Below are positions 54,433 to 63,791 of a stretch of DNA of 64,000 nt, one piece after another. Position 1 is the stretch's first letter, and every line of letters starts with the position of its first letter. Below the pieces are notes generated by a model. The model did not search any database. It saw only the letters and a list, made by a program, of their open reading frames with translations, and had not been told where the DNA came from. Origin of the DNA: Chloroflexota bacterium (GTDB lineage: Bacteria; Chloroflexota; UBA11872). The position numbers and the translations under genes were made by a program. Where the stretch lies: positions 918,499-982,498 of the forward strand of contig OZ244802.1 in the NCBI GenBank assembly GCA_965220135.1, read 5' to 3'.

Positions 54433-55233
54433 TCACACGCGGCCGGGGAACGAGCGCCCGCGGACCTGTTTGAACGGAGGCATCTTGGGCGCGTCAGTCA
54501 CTTCCTCGTCCTTGTAGGAGCTGGCCCGCATGAAGTGGGTGGCGTAGCCCCGGCGGCGCATGCCGGAGGTATTGGCGTTGCTCTGATGCAGCACCAGACT
54601 GTGGTGGAAGCTGACGCTGCCCGGGCCCAACGGCGCGGCCCGAACTGGCCATTCGTCAGTGCCCAGGTCGGGCAGCAACGGCTCAAGGCGGGGTCGAGTG
54701 AGCATGCCCCATCGGTGGGTGCCGGGGGCGAAATTGAGGCACCCGTTTTGGGTGGTGGCGTGGTCGATGGAGGTCCAGGCGGTAACGAGGTCCATCGGCA
54801 GGATGTCGCGCCAGGACGCGGAGTCCTGGTGCCAGTCCTGGGCGGCGCCGATTTCGGGGGGTTTCATGAAGAGTTGGTCGCCGTAGAGCTTGATGTCGTC
54901 GGTACCCATCAGGTCGGCGATGACATCGACAATCTTGGGGTTGGTGACGTGGCCCCAGAGAAGGTCATCGTAGACCGCGAGGTTGAAGAGTTTGCGGACG
55001 GAGAGGACCTGGTTTTCGACTTCGCGCTCGCCTTCGCGGAAAACTCGTTCCAGCTGGATGCTGGTTTCGGGGATGTGATCGGCCTTGCCGGCGGCGATAA
55101 GGTCGGCGCGTTCGGCGAGGTCGGCGACTTCGTCGGCGTCCAGCAGATTGTGGATCGCGAGGTAACCGTCAATGTGGAACTGGTCGACCTGGTCGCGGGT
55201 GAGTGTGCGTAGTTGTGGCTCCGCCACTGCCAT
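54433..55233 (-). CDS. phytanoyl-CoA dioxygenase (PhyH) family protein, tandem paralog
   Basis: About 55% identical to the neighbour (AQDWHQDS, PGTHRWG, VSFHHSLVLHQS). Confidence 0.8.
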   Translation of the reverse strand: MAVAEPQLRTLTRDQVDQFHIDGYLAIHNLLDADEVADLAERADLIAAGKADHIPETSIQLERVFREGEREVENQVLSVRKLFNLAVYDDLLWGHVTNPKIVDVIADLMGTDDIKLYGDQLFMKPPEIGAAQDWHQDSASWRDILPMDLVTAWTSIDHATTQNGCLNFAPGTHRWGMLTRPRLEPLLPDLGTDEWPVRAAPLGPGSVSFHHSLVLHQSNANTSGMRRRGYATHFMRASSYKDEEVTDAPKMPPFKQVRGRSFPGRV

Positions 55234-55605
55234 TCGAGTCCCCCTGCCGCCGTCAGCGTATTGCCGAAACCCGTGTGGCGATGCTACACGGTTTGGGCCG
55301 AGAGAACGAAGGCCAATAGCCAGACGCTACCTGGCGCTGAGCGGATCGGCGGTGCTTCCAGGACGGCATTGCGTCCCGACTGTCGAGGATCGTCGGAGGT
55401 GTAGGCAGACCTCGGGATGGCCGTCGTAATCGGCGGCCGGGCGAGGAACTCGCGCCTATCAGAGTTTGGAGGAATGAGGCCCAATGCACCCGTATTGTCG
55501 ACGGCCGACACTTCTCGGAGATGTGGTGGTCGGCAGCTCGTAGTTCGATTCCCGAACGAGAGGGGTGTTTCGTGGCCAAAGCAGTCCACCGACCGTCGCT
55601 GAATC

Positions 55606-55640
55606 TTGCGGGACAAATGGCCGACACGGTATAACGTACC
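55606..55640 (+). promoter_or_regulatory. candidate promoter for the ABC-transporter operon (-35 TTGCGG, 18-nt spacer, -10 TATAAC)
   Basis: Sequence CTTGCGGGACAAATGGCCGACACGGTATAACGTACC lies about 35 nt upstream of the SBP start codon. Confidence 0.35.
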
Positions 55641-55673
55641 CGAAGAGATTTAGGTGAAAGACAAAGGGCTGCC

Positions 55674-56849
55674 ATGGGAATTTCATTCATCAAACGACTT
55701 GTAGCATTCTCACTTCTGGCCGTACTTGTGGTGGTGGCCGCAGGGTGCGGCGAGGAAGAAAAAGGGCCATTTCGAATCGGAGTGATGGAGTCGGTTACCG
55801 GAGCCGGTGAGACTTACGGCACCGTGGCGGTACAGGCGAAGCAACTGGCCGTGGACGAGATCAACGCAGCAGGCGGAATCAACGGTCGCATGCTGGAGCT
55901 CGTTGTTGAGGATTCCAAGTGCAACGCTCAGGACGCCATCACCGCCTACAACAAGCTGACTGACGTGGATGAGGTAAAGATCATCCTCGGCACGTCGTGC
56001 AGCGGGGCGATGCTGGGGGCGGCGCCGCTAGCCGAGAGGGAAGGCGTGGTGATGTTCTCCGGCTTGGCCACGAATCCGGACATTGCCGAGGCCGGGGATT
56101 ACATCTTCCGCACGTCATTGAGCGACGCCACGGTTGGCGTGGACACGGGCAACGTGCTCTGGGCCGACGGGATTCGCAATCTGGCAACCATCAATGAATC
56201 CACCGACTACGCCGAGGGCGTGCGACGAACGACCACGGCGCAGTTTGAGAAGCTGGGCGGTCAGATCGTGGCTGCGGAGAGCTACCCGTCCGACACCACC
56301 GACTACAGAACACAATTGACCAAGATTCTGAACGCGACCCCCGATGCTCTGCACATCGCAGCACAGGCCGAGGCCAGCGGCGGCACCATCATCAAGCAGG
56401 TTCGCGAGTTGGGCTATGACGGACCGATCTACGCCGACGTGGTACCGATCGGTACGACGGCCCTTGAGATCGCCGGCGAGGCAGCAACAGGCGTTAAGGC
56501 CATTACGCCCGATCTGGACCCGGCTAACGCCAAGGCCCAGGAAGTGCTGGCAGCCTTCAGAGAGGAATACGACTACGTAACGTTGCCCTGGTTCCTGGGC
56601 TCCGCGTACGACAACGTATACATCGCCGCTGAGTGCCTGAAGAAGACCGGCGACGACCAGGATGCCGATGGCTTCCGCGACTGTCTGTACGACATCACGT
56701 GGAGCGGCACGATCGGCGTGGACTACAGCTTTGACGAGAAGGGCGAAGTCGTAGGACTGTCCAATGCGGTGCTGGAGGTGCTGCCCGTGGCCGAACGAAC
56801 CGAGGAGAACGGGGGCTACAGAGTTCTGGGCGCCGCGCCGAGCAACTGA
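55674..56849 (+). CDS. ABC transporter substrate-binding protein, branched-chain amino acid (LivJ/K, HAAT) family
   Basis: Lipobox VVAAGCG. Type I periplasmic binding fold: FRIGVMESVTGAGETYG...AVDEINAAGGINGR. Confidence 0.8.
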   Translation: MGISFIKRLVAFSLLAVLVVVAAGCGEEEKGPFRIGVMESVTGAGETYGTVAVQAKQLAVDEINAAGGINGRMLELVVEDSKCNAQDAITAYNKLTDVDEVKIILGTSCSGAMLGAAPLAEREGVVMFSGLATNPDIAEAGDYIFRTSLSDATVGVDTGNVLWADGIRNLATINESTDYAEGVRRTTTAQFEKLGGQIVAAESYPSDTTDYRTQLTKILNATPDALHIAAQAEASGGTIIKQVRELGYDGPIYADVVPIGTTALEIAGEAATGVKAITPDLDPANAKAQEVLAAFREEYDYVTLPWFLGSAYDNVYIAAECLKKTGDDQDADGFRDCLYDITWSGTIGVDYSFDEKGEVVGLSNAVLEVLPVAERTEENGGYRVLGAAPSN

Positions 56850-57000
56850 GTCTGATCTAGTGGTTCTTACAACCGTGGGGTTGGTCCGCAGGGCATGGGC
56901 CAACCCCACGGTTGCGTACCGACCAGTGACGGTCCCCGCCGGGACGTCGAAATCGCCCGCTGGCAAGGCGAGCGAGCCTGCGCCCCAACACTAGTCCGCC

Positions 57001-58386
57001 ATGAGTCTCGCCCAACTGAGCGGTTTCATGCTCGGCAGTCTGCTGCGCCTTCGCGAGCACCAGAGCCGGCTCCTGGCCACGGCTCTCGCCGTGGCCGTCG
57101 TGGCCTATATCGGCTGGAAGATCGTCCAATCGCCTGACCAGGCCCTGCAGTTTGCATTCAACGGGCTGGCGGTCGGCGCGGTCTACGCGCTGCTGGCCAT
57201 GGGCTTTACGCTCGTTTATAGCACCGTCTGGTTCTTCGACCTCTACTACGGCGCGGCCGCGGCAATCGGCGCATACGGCGTTTTCTACCTGCGATCGCAC
57301 GATGTCCTGGGGGGGCAGTACGCAGTCAACAGTGGTCCGGTGAACGTGTTATTCGCGGTCGTCACGGCCGGCGTTGCCGCCTGGGCGCTGCACGTCCTGC
57401 TCTATCGCCGCTTGCTCAGGCGTGTATCGCCCAAAGCTCTGCTGGTAGTTGGCGGACTACTGGCGACGGCGATCGGCGTCTACACCGGCCTGGTCTTGGC
57501 CAATCCTGCCGAACTTCACGTGGTCCTTAGTCCCCTGGTCGCGCTCCTGGTGGCGGGGGTGGCGTATTGGGGCCTTGGACACGCCTATCGTCAGCTGGTC
57601 GACAGCACCGGCCGCCGTCCGATAGCAGCCATCGCTGCGGCGGCTATCGTCCTGGGCGCTTTCGTCGCCGTCCTGGTCGCCAATACTCCAAGCCTGGGCC
57701 TGTACCTGAGTTGGGGCGTCGCTTGCCTGCTGTCGGGGACCGTAAGCCTGGCGCTGTATCGCGGTCTCTACGTGACCATGCGAGAACGGGCTAACTCGCC
57801 GCTGATCATGCTGGTGGCGTCACTGGGGATTCTGCTGGCGATCACGGCGTTCATCACCATCGTGTTTCGGAGCGCGCCCCGGCCGCTACCGGACACCTTT
57901 GGCAGTGAGCCGTGGACTATCGGCGGTGCCAACATCAAGGGATTCAATGTCTTTGCGATCGGCCTGGCACTGGCCGGCTTCAGCATTCTCCTGTTCATGG
58001 TCAAGAAGACTGCCTTTGGCAAGGCGGTACGGGCGATCGGCGATGACGAGGAAGTGGCGAAGGTCGTCGGCATCAACACCACGGTCGTCATCGCCATCGT
58101 GTTCTTCATCGGCGCGGTTTACGCGGCTCTGGCCGGGCTCGTGAGCGGCCACGACACGGCGATTCAGCCACGAATGGGGTTGCTGTTGCTGTTGAAGGGC
58201 TGGATTGCGTCCGTTGTCGGCGGCATCGGAAGTCTGTACGGCGCCATCGTCGGAGGCTTTGCGCTGGGCATGCTGGAACAGTTCGGCATTTGGGATTTGG
58301 CCGGCGAATGGCGTGATGTGATCTCGTTCATTGTGTTGATCGTTTTCCTGTCGTTCTGGCCGCAAGGCCTGATACCGAGGAAATAG
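57001..58386 (+). CDS. branched-chain amino acid ABC transporter permease (LivH-like, extended)
   Basis: FNGLAVGAVYALLAMGFTLVYS...LLKGWIASVVGGIGSLYGAIVGGFALGMLE. The true start may be internal. Confidence 0.75.
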   Translation: MSLAQLSGFMLGSLLRLREHQSRLLATALAVAVVAYIGWKIVQSPDQALQFAFNGLAVGAVYALLAMGFTLVYSTVWFFDLYYGAAAAIGAYGVFYLRSHDVLGGQYAVNSGPVNVLFAVVTAGVAAWALHVLLYRRLLRRVSPKALLVVGGLLATAIGVYTGLVLANPAELHVVLSPLVALLVAGVAYWGLGHAYRQLVDSTGRRPIAAIAAAAIVLGAFVAVLVANTPSLGLYLSWGVACLLSGTVSLALYRGLYVTMRERANSPLIMLVASLGILLAITAFITIVFRSAPRPLPDTFGSEPWTIGGANIKGFNVFAIGLALAGFSILLFMVKKTAFGKAVRAIGDDEEVAKVVGINTTVVIAIVFFIGAVYAALAGLVSGHDTAIQPRMGLLLLLKGWIASVVGGIGSLYGAIVGGFALGMLEQFGIWDLAGEWRDVISFIVLIVFLSFWPQGLIPRK

Positions 58387-58390
58387 CCGG

Positions 58391-59446
58391 GTGAGCATCG
58401 CCACCGGAGCGATTCGAGGCCTGCAGGAGGTCGCGCGCGATCCAGGATCATGGTGGCGACGCTCGAAGGGCAGCGTCGAGCTGTGGGCCAACCTGATCGT
58501 TCTCGGCTGGGCGCTTGTGTTCATGCTCTGGCGAGGCGGCGGCTTTGCGATCACCGTCGGCAGTGTGTTCGCCATCTGGGCAGTTTTGGCCGTCAGCCTG
58601 AATCTCGTCGTCGGTTACACAGGTTTGCTCTCGGTGGGACACATCGGCTTCTTCGGCATCGGCGCTTATGCGATGGCGGTGCTCACCTCAAGTGCCTCCT
58701 ACGAGCAGTTGCGCACGGAGGCAATTCCGACCTTCGGTTGGCCATTCTTCGCCGCGCTGCCGATCAGTGTGGTCCTCGCCGGCCTCGTGGCCTTGGTGGT
58801 GGGCGTCGCATTCAACCGCTTCCGTGACGACATTTATGTCCTGGTCTCGTTCGGATTCGCGGTCATCGCCTTTACCACGTTCCTGAGCTGGCGAAACCTG
58901 ACCAGGGGCGCCTTTGGAATCCACCAAGTCGCCCGGCCGGCCATCGGTCCGTTGGTCTTTGACGGCGAATTGGAGTTTCTGGCGCTGCTGCTCGTCTTCC
59001 TGGGGCTGGTGGTACTGATCTCATGGCTCATCGTTACGTCTTCGTTCGGACGGGTTCTCACAGCCATCCGCGAGGACGAAGAGGCCATCGAAGTCTTCGG
59101 CTACCGCACGACTCACTACAAGCTTGCCATCTGGGTCATCTCGGCCATGATGGCCGGATTGGCTGGCGCCCTCCTCGCAAGCTGGAGCACGTTTATCGAC
59201 CCGAACTCTTTCGTTCTGCTGGAATCGGTCCTCCTTGTTTCCATCGTAATCCTGGGAGGGTTGGCCAGCATCTGGGGATCGCTGCTTGGGGCCCTGGCAT
59301 TCGTGATGTTGGAAGAGGGCATGCGCTTCGTCCCATTCCTACCATCCGAATTCATCGGCCAGATTCGACAGATGATTCTGGGAATCCTCCTGGTCCTGCT
59401 GATGCTGTTCAGGCCCCAGGGCCTGGTCGGGAGGTTCAAGCTTTGA
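58391..59446 (+). CDS. branched-chain amino acid ABC transporter permease (LivM-like)
   Basis: LNLVVGYTGLLSVGHIGFFGIGAYAMAVL is the LivM signature. Confidence 0.8.
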   Translation: MSIATGAIRGLQEVARDPGSWWRRSKGSVELWANLIVLGWALVFMLWRGGGFAITVGSVFAIWAVLAVSLNLVVGYTGLLSVGHIGFFGIGAYAMAVLTSSASYEQLRTEAIPTFGWPFFAALPISVVLAGLVALVVGVAFNRFRDDIYVLVSFGFAVIAFTTFLSWRNLTRGAFGIHQVARPAIGPLVFDGELEFLALLLVFLGLVVLISWLIVTSSFGRVLTAIREDEEAIEVFGYRTTHYKLAIWVISAMMAGLAGALLASWSTFIDPNSFVLLESVLLVSIVILGGLASIWGSLLGALAFVMLEEGMRFVPFLPSEFIGQIRQMILGILLVLLMLFRPQGLVGRFKL

Positions 59447-60198
59447 GCACCGAGGTCGATCCCCGCGTCTACGTGCTGGAGACGCGCGATGTCTCAAAGA
59501 GTTTCGGGGCCGTTAAGGCCATTGACCAACTGTCGATCAACATCTTGCGGGAGTGGATCACCTGCATCGTCGGGCCAAACGGATCCGGCAAGTCAACCCT
59601 GATCAATCTCCTGAGCGGCTTGCTTCCGCTGGATGGAGGAATCGTGGTTGTCGACAACGTCGGCCTCCGGGTGGTGAAGGCGCATGACTCGCCGGACCAC
59701 GGCATCACGCGCACCTTCCAGGAAGTTCGGCTCTTCGACCAGATCAGCGTCTGGGACAACATCATGGTGGTCTTGACGGAACGCCGCGTGTTTCCGGCGC
59801 TGTTGGAACGTACGAAGCCAAGCCACAAGGAAGAGGCGGAGAGGATCCTGAAAAGCGTGGGCATGTGGGAGAAGCGCGACGCCATGGCCCAGGATCTGTC
59901 CTACGGCCAGCGAAAGCTCCTGGAAATCGGGCGCGCCATGGCGATGGACGTGCAGATCTACCTGTTCGACGAGCCATTTGCCGGGCTCTTTCCCCGGATG
60001 CTGGAGCAGGTCAAGTCAATCTTGAAGGACATGCGAGAGCAACAGCGCAGCATTGTGTTTGTGTCTCACAACATGGACATCGTTCGAGAGTTGTCCGACC
60101 ACCTCTTTGTCCTTGACAGCGGCGCCCTGCTCGCTGCAGGCGAGGTCGAGGAAGTGCTTGGCAGGTCGTCAGTCATCGATGCTTACCTTGGCAACTAG
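59443..60198 (+). CDS. ABC transporter ATP-binding protein (LivG-like)
   Basis: Walker A GPNGSGKST, LSYGQRKLLEIGRA, and FDEPFAG (LivG-type). The TTG start overlaps the LivM stop and has a GGGAGG RBS. Alternative GTG at 59473. Confidence 0.75.
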   Translation: MSTEVDPRVYVLETRDVSKSFGAVKAIDQLSINILREWITCIVGPNGSGKSTLINLLSGLLPLDGGIVVVDNVGLRVVKAHDSPDHGITRTFQEVRLFDQISVWDNIMVVLTERRVFPALLERTKPSHKEEAERILKSVGMWEKRDAMAQDLSYGQRKLLEIGRAMAMDVQIYLFDEPFAGLFPRMLEQVKSILKDMREQQRSIVFVSHNMDIVRELSDHLFVLDSGALLAAGEVEEVLGRSSVIDAYLGN

Positions 60199-60949
60199 CG
60201 TGGATCCGAACGGAACAATGCTCCTCGAGTTGGTCGATATCTCGGTCCGCTACGGCCAGGTGCGCGCTCTCACCAAGGTGTCGCTTGGCGTCAGCAAGGG
60301 TGAAATCGCGGCCGTGATGGGTCCAAATGGCGCCGGCAAATCCACCGTGCTGAAGGCGGTCATGGGACTAGCGCCCGTCGTGGATGGGCATGTGAATTGG
60401 CGTCAGAACCCGCTCACCGCGCCGACACACGAGATCGTGCGCGAGGGCATTGCCTTTGTGCCGCAGGGCCGGCGCGTGTTCACCCATCTGACGATTGAAG
60501 AAAACCTGGAGATGGGCTGCCTCTATCTAAACGACGCAGCTGAGAAGCAACGGCGCCTGGACACGGTGCTAGAGCTCTTCCCGGTCTTGCACGAAAAGCG
60601 GCGCGACCTGGCCAGCCAAATGTCGGGCGGGCAGCAGCAGATGCTCGCGCTGGGACGCGGATTGATGGCCGGGCCGGAGGTATTGCTGCTGGATGAGCCG
60701 ACGCTGGGGCTGGCGCCGATCGTCGTGAAGGAAGTGTTTCAGAAGGTCGCGGAGATTAGCGAGAAGCTGAATACCACGATCATGGTGGTAGAGCACAACA
60801 TCAAGGGTGTGCTGGATATCGTGGATCGGGCGTACGTGCTGGACATGGGGCGGGTGGTGCACGACGGTACGCCGGAGTCGATCCAGGAAACCGACATCTT
60901 GACGCAGGTGTTCCTCGGAAAGCTCGACACCGGCGAGGACGACGCGTAG
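60179..60949 (+). CDS. ABC transporter ATP-binding protein (LivF-like)
   Basis: GPNGAGKSTVLKAVMG, LSGGQQQMLALGRGL, LLLDEPTLGLAP. Alternative start ATG at 60218 (MLLELVDISVRYG). Confidence 0.8.
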   Translation: MLTLATSVDPNGTMLLELVDISVRYGQVRALTKVSLGVSKGEIAAVMGPNGAGKSTVLKAVMGLAPVVDGHVNWRQNPLTAPTHEIVREGIAFVPQGRRVFTHLTIEENLEMGCLYLNDAAEKQRRLDTVLELFPVLHEKRRDLASQMSGGQQQMLALGRGLMAGPEVLLLDEPTLGLAPIVVKEVFQKVAEISEKLNTTIMVVEHNIKGVLDIVDRAYVLDMGRVVHDGTPESIQETDILTQVFLGKLDTGEDDA

Positions 60950-60999
60950 CAATCGGGCACTATTCCCAGCGCTTGCGTTTCAGGCTCCAGATGTGCTGT

Positions 61000-61440
61000 T
61001 CAGGAACTCAAATGGGACTTCAGTCTCTCGAAGAAGGCCGGCCAGCCTGACTCGGCACCTTCCAAGTAGCTGTCCCATTCGTCGATGTCCGAAGACATGC
61101 GGTGCTCAACGCGGACAACGCAGTTGGCATCGCTCACTTTGCGCACGTTCCATTCGGTGGTCACGGGTGGGCCGTTGGGGATGAAGTTGGGGCTTTGGAC
61201 GGTGAAGCGTCGCGGGGGTTGCCAGGCGGTGATGGTGACGGTGTCGGTGTGGGCGGGCGAAAAGGTGAAGGTGATTTGGTTGGGTGTTCCGTTGGGGTTC
61301 AGCGCGAATGTTGTCGGAACGAACCAGGACGAAATCCCTTCGGGGGTGGCGATGGCGGCCCAGACCCGGTCGGGTAGGCCGGGGACCTGGACTTCGACCG
61401 CTACCGAACGGCGGCCGGAAGGGCCGACGTGGACGGGCAA
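61000..61440 (-). CDS. SRPBCC family protein (AHSA1/polyketide-cyclase-like)
   Basis: 146 aa with a Bet v1-like fold pattern (WFVPT...NCVVRVEHRMSSD). Confidence 0.6.
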   Translation of the reverse strand: MPVHVGPSGRRSVAVEVQVPGLPDRVWAAIATPEGISSWFVPTTFALNPNGTPNQITFTFSPAHTDTVTITAWQPPRRFTVQSPNFIPNGPPVTTEWNVRKVSDANCVVRVEHRMSSDIDEWDSYLEGAESGWPAFFERLKSHLSS

Positions 61441-61444
61441 CGGG

Positions 61445-62590
61445 CTATTGGAGACCTTTGGGCGCCAGGTCGCCTATTGAGCTTTCGAGTTCGTCGGTAT
61501 CCCCGAGGCGGACGCGGCTGGCGGTGGATGGCAGGGGGGTGTCGTACTGGTAATCGGGGTCGGTTTGCTGGCGTTCCCAGGTGTCCAGCATCTCGCGCCA
61601 GGCGCTGCGCAGGGTGCGAGGCACCGGCATGTCGTGGGCGACTTCCTGGTGCAGCTTCTTGAGGTTGTAGCAAGGGACGCCGGCGTACATGTGGTGTTCC
61701 AGGTGCCAGTTCATCCGCCAGTAGAGGAACTCGAGAATCGGAATCAGCGTGTTCGAGCGAACGCATTTGCGGAAGTCGGGGACGTTGTCCCGCAGGCCAC
61801 AGTGCTGGGGCAATCCGCAGAAGTAGGCCGCCCAGCCCGCAGTGAACGAGACGAACGTGAGCAAGAACGGCCAGATCCACTGGCCGGAAACAATGGCAAA
61901 GACGATGACCGCCGCGTGGAAGGTCAGTTGCGCGCGCGCCCACCAGATAGAGCGCCGGTGCTGGTCCGGCTGATCGGCGTGCAGCGAGTTCAGCCACTCC
62001 GCCTTGGTGGGATCCGGCTTGCCCGGCGTGCCAAGGGCTGACCGAATCGTGAAGAAAATCGTCGGGATCAAGCCTTTACCGCCGAGCGTGCGCCCGCGCT
62101 GGGTCCAGATGTTGAACGTGAACATCTGGAGCAGGAAGGTCTTGCCGGTCGTGGGTCTGATTGGAAGCAGAACCTCGCGGTCGCCCTCGGGGTGCAGCGT
62201 GTAGCGGTGGTGGTAGGTATGGCTGCTGGCGTAGTCAAAGACGTCCCACCAACTCAGCAGGCTGAACAGGTAGAGGAAAACCTTGTTGAGGATCTTGGTC
62301 CGGAAGACGGAGCCATGGGCCAGTTCGTGGGGGGCGACGCCCCGGAAGAAGGTCCCGACCGTTCCGTGAAGGAAAAGGCCAACGACAACGCCTACCCAGA
62401 TCTGCTGTAGCCAAAAGAAGTAGGTGAGAGCGCCGGTCATCAGGAATAGGGCCAGGTGACCGCCTGCTTGATACCAGCCCTGCAAGTCGCTGCGGCGGGA
62501 AAGCTCGCGCAGCCTGGCGCCGTCGATTGGGCAGCGATACCACTCGACGCGGAGATCTTTACGTACTTCGTCAAGCGGCCGGTAGCTCAT
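61445..62590 (-). CDS. membrane fatty acid desaturase family protein
   Basis: His boxes HELAHG, HTYHHRY and HLEHHMYAGVP. More than 4 TM helices. Confidence 0.8.
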   Translation of the reverse strand: MSYRPLDEVRKDLRVEWYRCPIDGARLRELSRRSDLQGWYQAGGHLALFLMTGALTYFFWLQQIWVGVVVGLFLHGTVGTFFRGVAPHELAHGSVFRTKILNKVFLYLFSLLSWWDVFDYASSHTYHHRYTLHPEGDREVLLPIRPTTGKTFLLQMFTFNIWTQRGRTLGGKGLIPTIFFTIRSALGTPGKPDPTKAEWLNSLHADQPDQHRRSIWWARAQLTFHAAVIVFAIVSGQWIWPFLLTFVSFTAGWAAYFCGLPQHCGLRDNVPDFRKCVRSNTLIPILEFLYWRMNWHLEHHMYAGVPCYNLKKLHQEVAHDMPVPRTLRSAWREMLDTWERQQTDPDYQYDTPLPSTASRVRLGDTDELESSIGDLAPKGLQ

Positions 62591-62642
62591 GGCTTCTCCT
62601 CCCAGCGCCTTTGAACCAAGGGATTCATCGTGCCTTGCACAG

Positions 62643-63791
62643 CTATCTCAGACCCTTCGGCGCGAGGTCTCCGATCGAGCTCTCCAGCGCGGTGGATTCA
62701 TCCTCGCGGATGCGCTGCGCGGTGGCGGGCAGCGGGGTGTCGCACTGGTAGTCGGGGTCGGTTTGCTGGCGTTCCCAGGTGTCCAGCATTTCGCGCCAGG
62801 CGCTGCGGAGGGTTCGGGGTTCCGGCATGTCGTGGGCGACTTCACGGTAGAGTTTTTTCAGGTTGTAGCAGGGAACGCCGGCGTACATGTGGTGTTCGAG
62901 GTGCCAGTTCATTCGCCAGTAGAGGAACTCGAGGATCGGAACCAGGGTGTTCGAGCGCACGCACTTGCGGAAGTCGGGGACGTTGTCCCGCAGGCCGCAG
63001 TGCTGGGGCATGCTGACCAGGTACGAAGCCAGGTTGGCGATAAACGGAAAGACGCTCACCAGGAAAATCCAGATCCATTGGCCGGTCACCATCGATACCA
63101 CCCAGACGGCGGCGTGGTAGGCCAACTGCGCGCGCGACCACCAGAGTGAGCGGCGGTACTGTTCCGGCTGGTCGTAATTCAAGGCGTTCCACCACTCCGA
63201 CTTGGACGTATCCGGCGAGCCGGGCGTCGAAAAGGCCGATCGGACCGTGGCGATGATGGTGGGGATGAGGCCGCCGCCGCGGCCAAAGGTTCGGCCTTTC
63301 TGCGTCCAGAGGTTGATGGTGCAGATCTGGAGCAGGAAAGTCTTGCCGACGGTCGGTTTGAGGGGAAGCAGAACCTCGCGGTCGCCCTCGGGGTGCAGGG
63401 TGTAGCGGTGGTGATAGGTGTGGCTGCTGGCGTAGTCGAAGGAATCAAACCAGCCCACGAGACCGAAGAAGTACAAGAAGAACTTGTTCAGAAACTTGGT
63501 TCGAAAGACCGAGCCGTGGACAAGCTCGTGACTCGCCACACCGCGCAAGAACGATCCCACGGTTCCGTGGAAGAAGAGCCCGATGACGACGCCGACCCAG
63601 ACTTGCTGCAGCCAGAAGAAGTAGGTGATGGCGCCGGTCGTTAGAAACAGCGCCAGGTGGCCGCCAGCCTGGAACCAGCCCTGGAGGTCGCTGCGGCGGG
63701 AGAGTTCGCGCAGCTTCGAGCCTTCGATGGGGCAGCGGTACCACTGGACCCGCAGGTCTTTGCGAACGTCAGCCAGCGGCCGGTAACTCAT
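62643..63791 (-). CDS. membrane fatty acid desaturase family protein, tandem paralog
   Basis: About 75% aa identity to 61445..62590 with the same His boxes (HELVHG, HTYHHRY, HLEHHMYAGVP). Long near-identical DNA stretches. Confidence 0.8.
   Translation of the reverse strand: MSYRPLADVRKDLRVQWYRCPIEGSKLRELSRRSDLQGWFQAGGHLALFLTTGAITYFFWLQQVWVGVVIGLFFHGTVGSFLRGVASHELVHGSVFRTKFLNKFFLYFFGLVGWFDSFDYASSHTYHHRYTLHPEGDREVLLPLKPTVGKTFLLQICTINLWTQKGRTFGRGGGLIPTIIATVRSAFSTPGSPDTSKSEWWNALNYDQPEQYRRSLWWSRAQLAYHAAVWVVSMVTGQWIWIFLVSVFPFIANLASYLVSMPQHCGLRDNVPDFRKCVRSNTLVPILEFLYWRMNWHLEHHMYAGVPCYNLKKLYREVAHDMPEPRTLRSAWREMLDTWERQQTDPDYQCDTPLPATAQRIREDESTALESSIGDLAPKGLR

Noticed and set aside
55530-55570. tRNA-like T-loop motif GGTTCGATTCC
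   Set aside because: The flanking sequence cannot form a T-stem, an acceptor stem or an anticodon arm, so it is not a tRNA.
55253-55693. 146-aa minus ORF in the 440-bp divergent intergenic region
   Set aside because: It has low-complexity composition, no RBS, and overlaps the likely promoter of the transporter operon.
60053-60180. N-terminal 42-aa extension of the LivF-like ORF, and a similar extension on the LivG-like ORF (59023..59445)
   Set aside because: Both overlap the upstream gene in another frame. ABC ATPase homology begins near the internal starts that were chosen instead.
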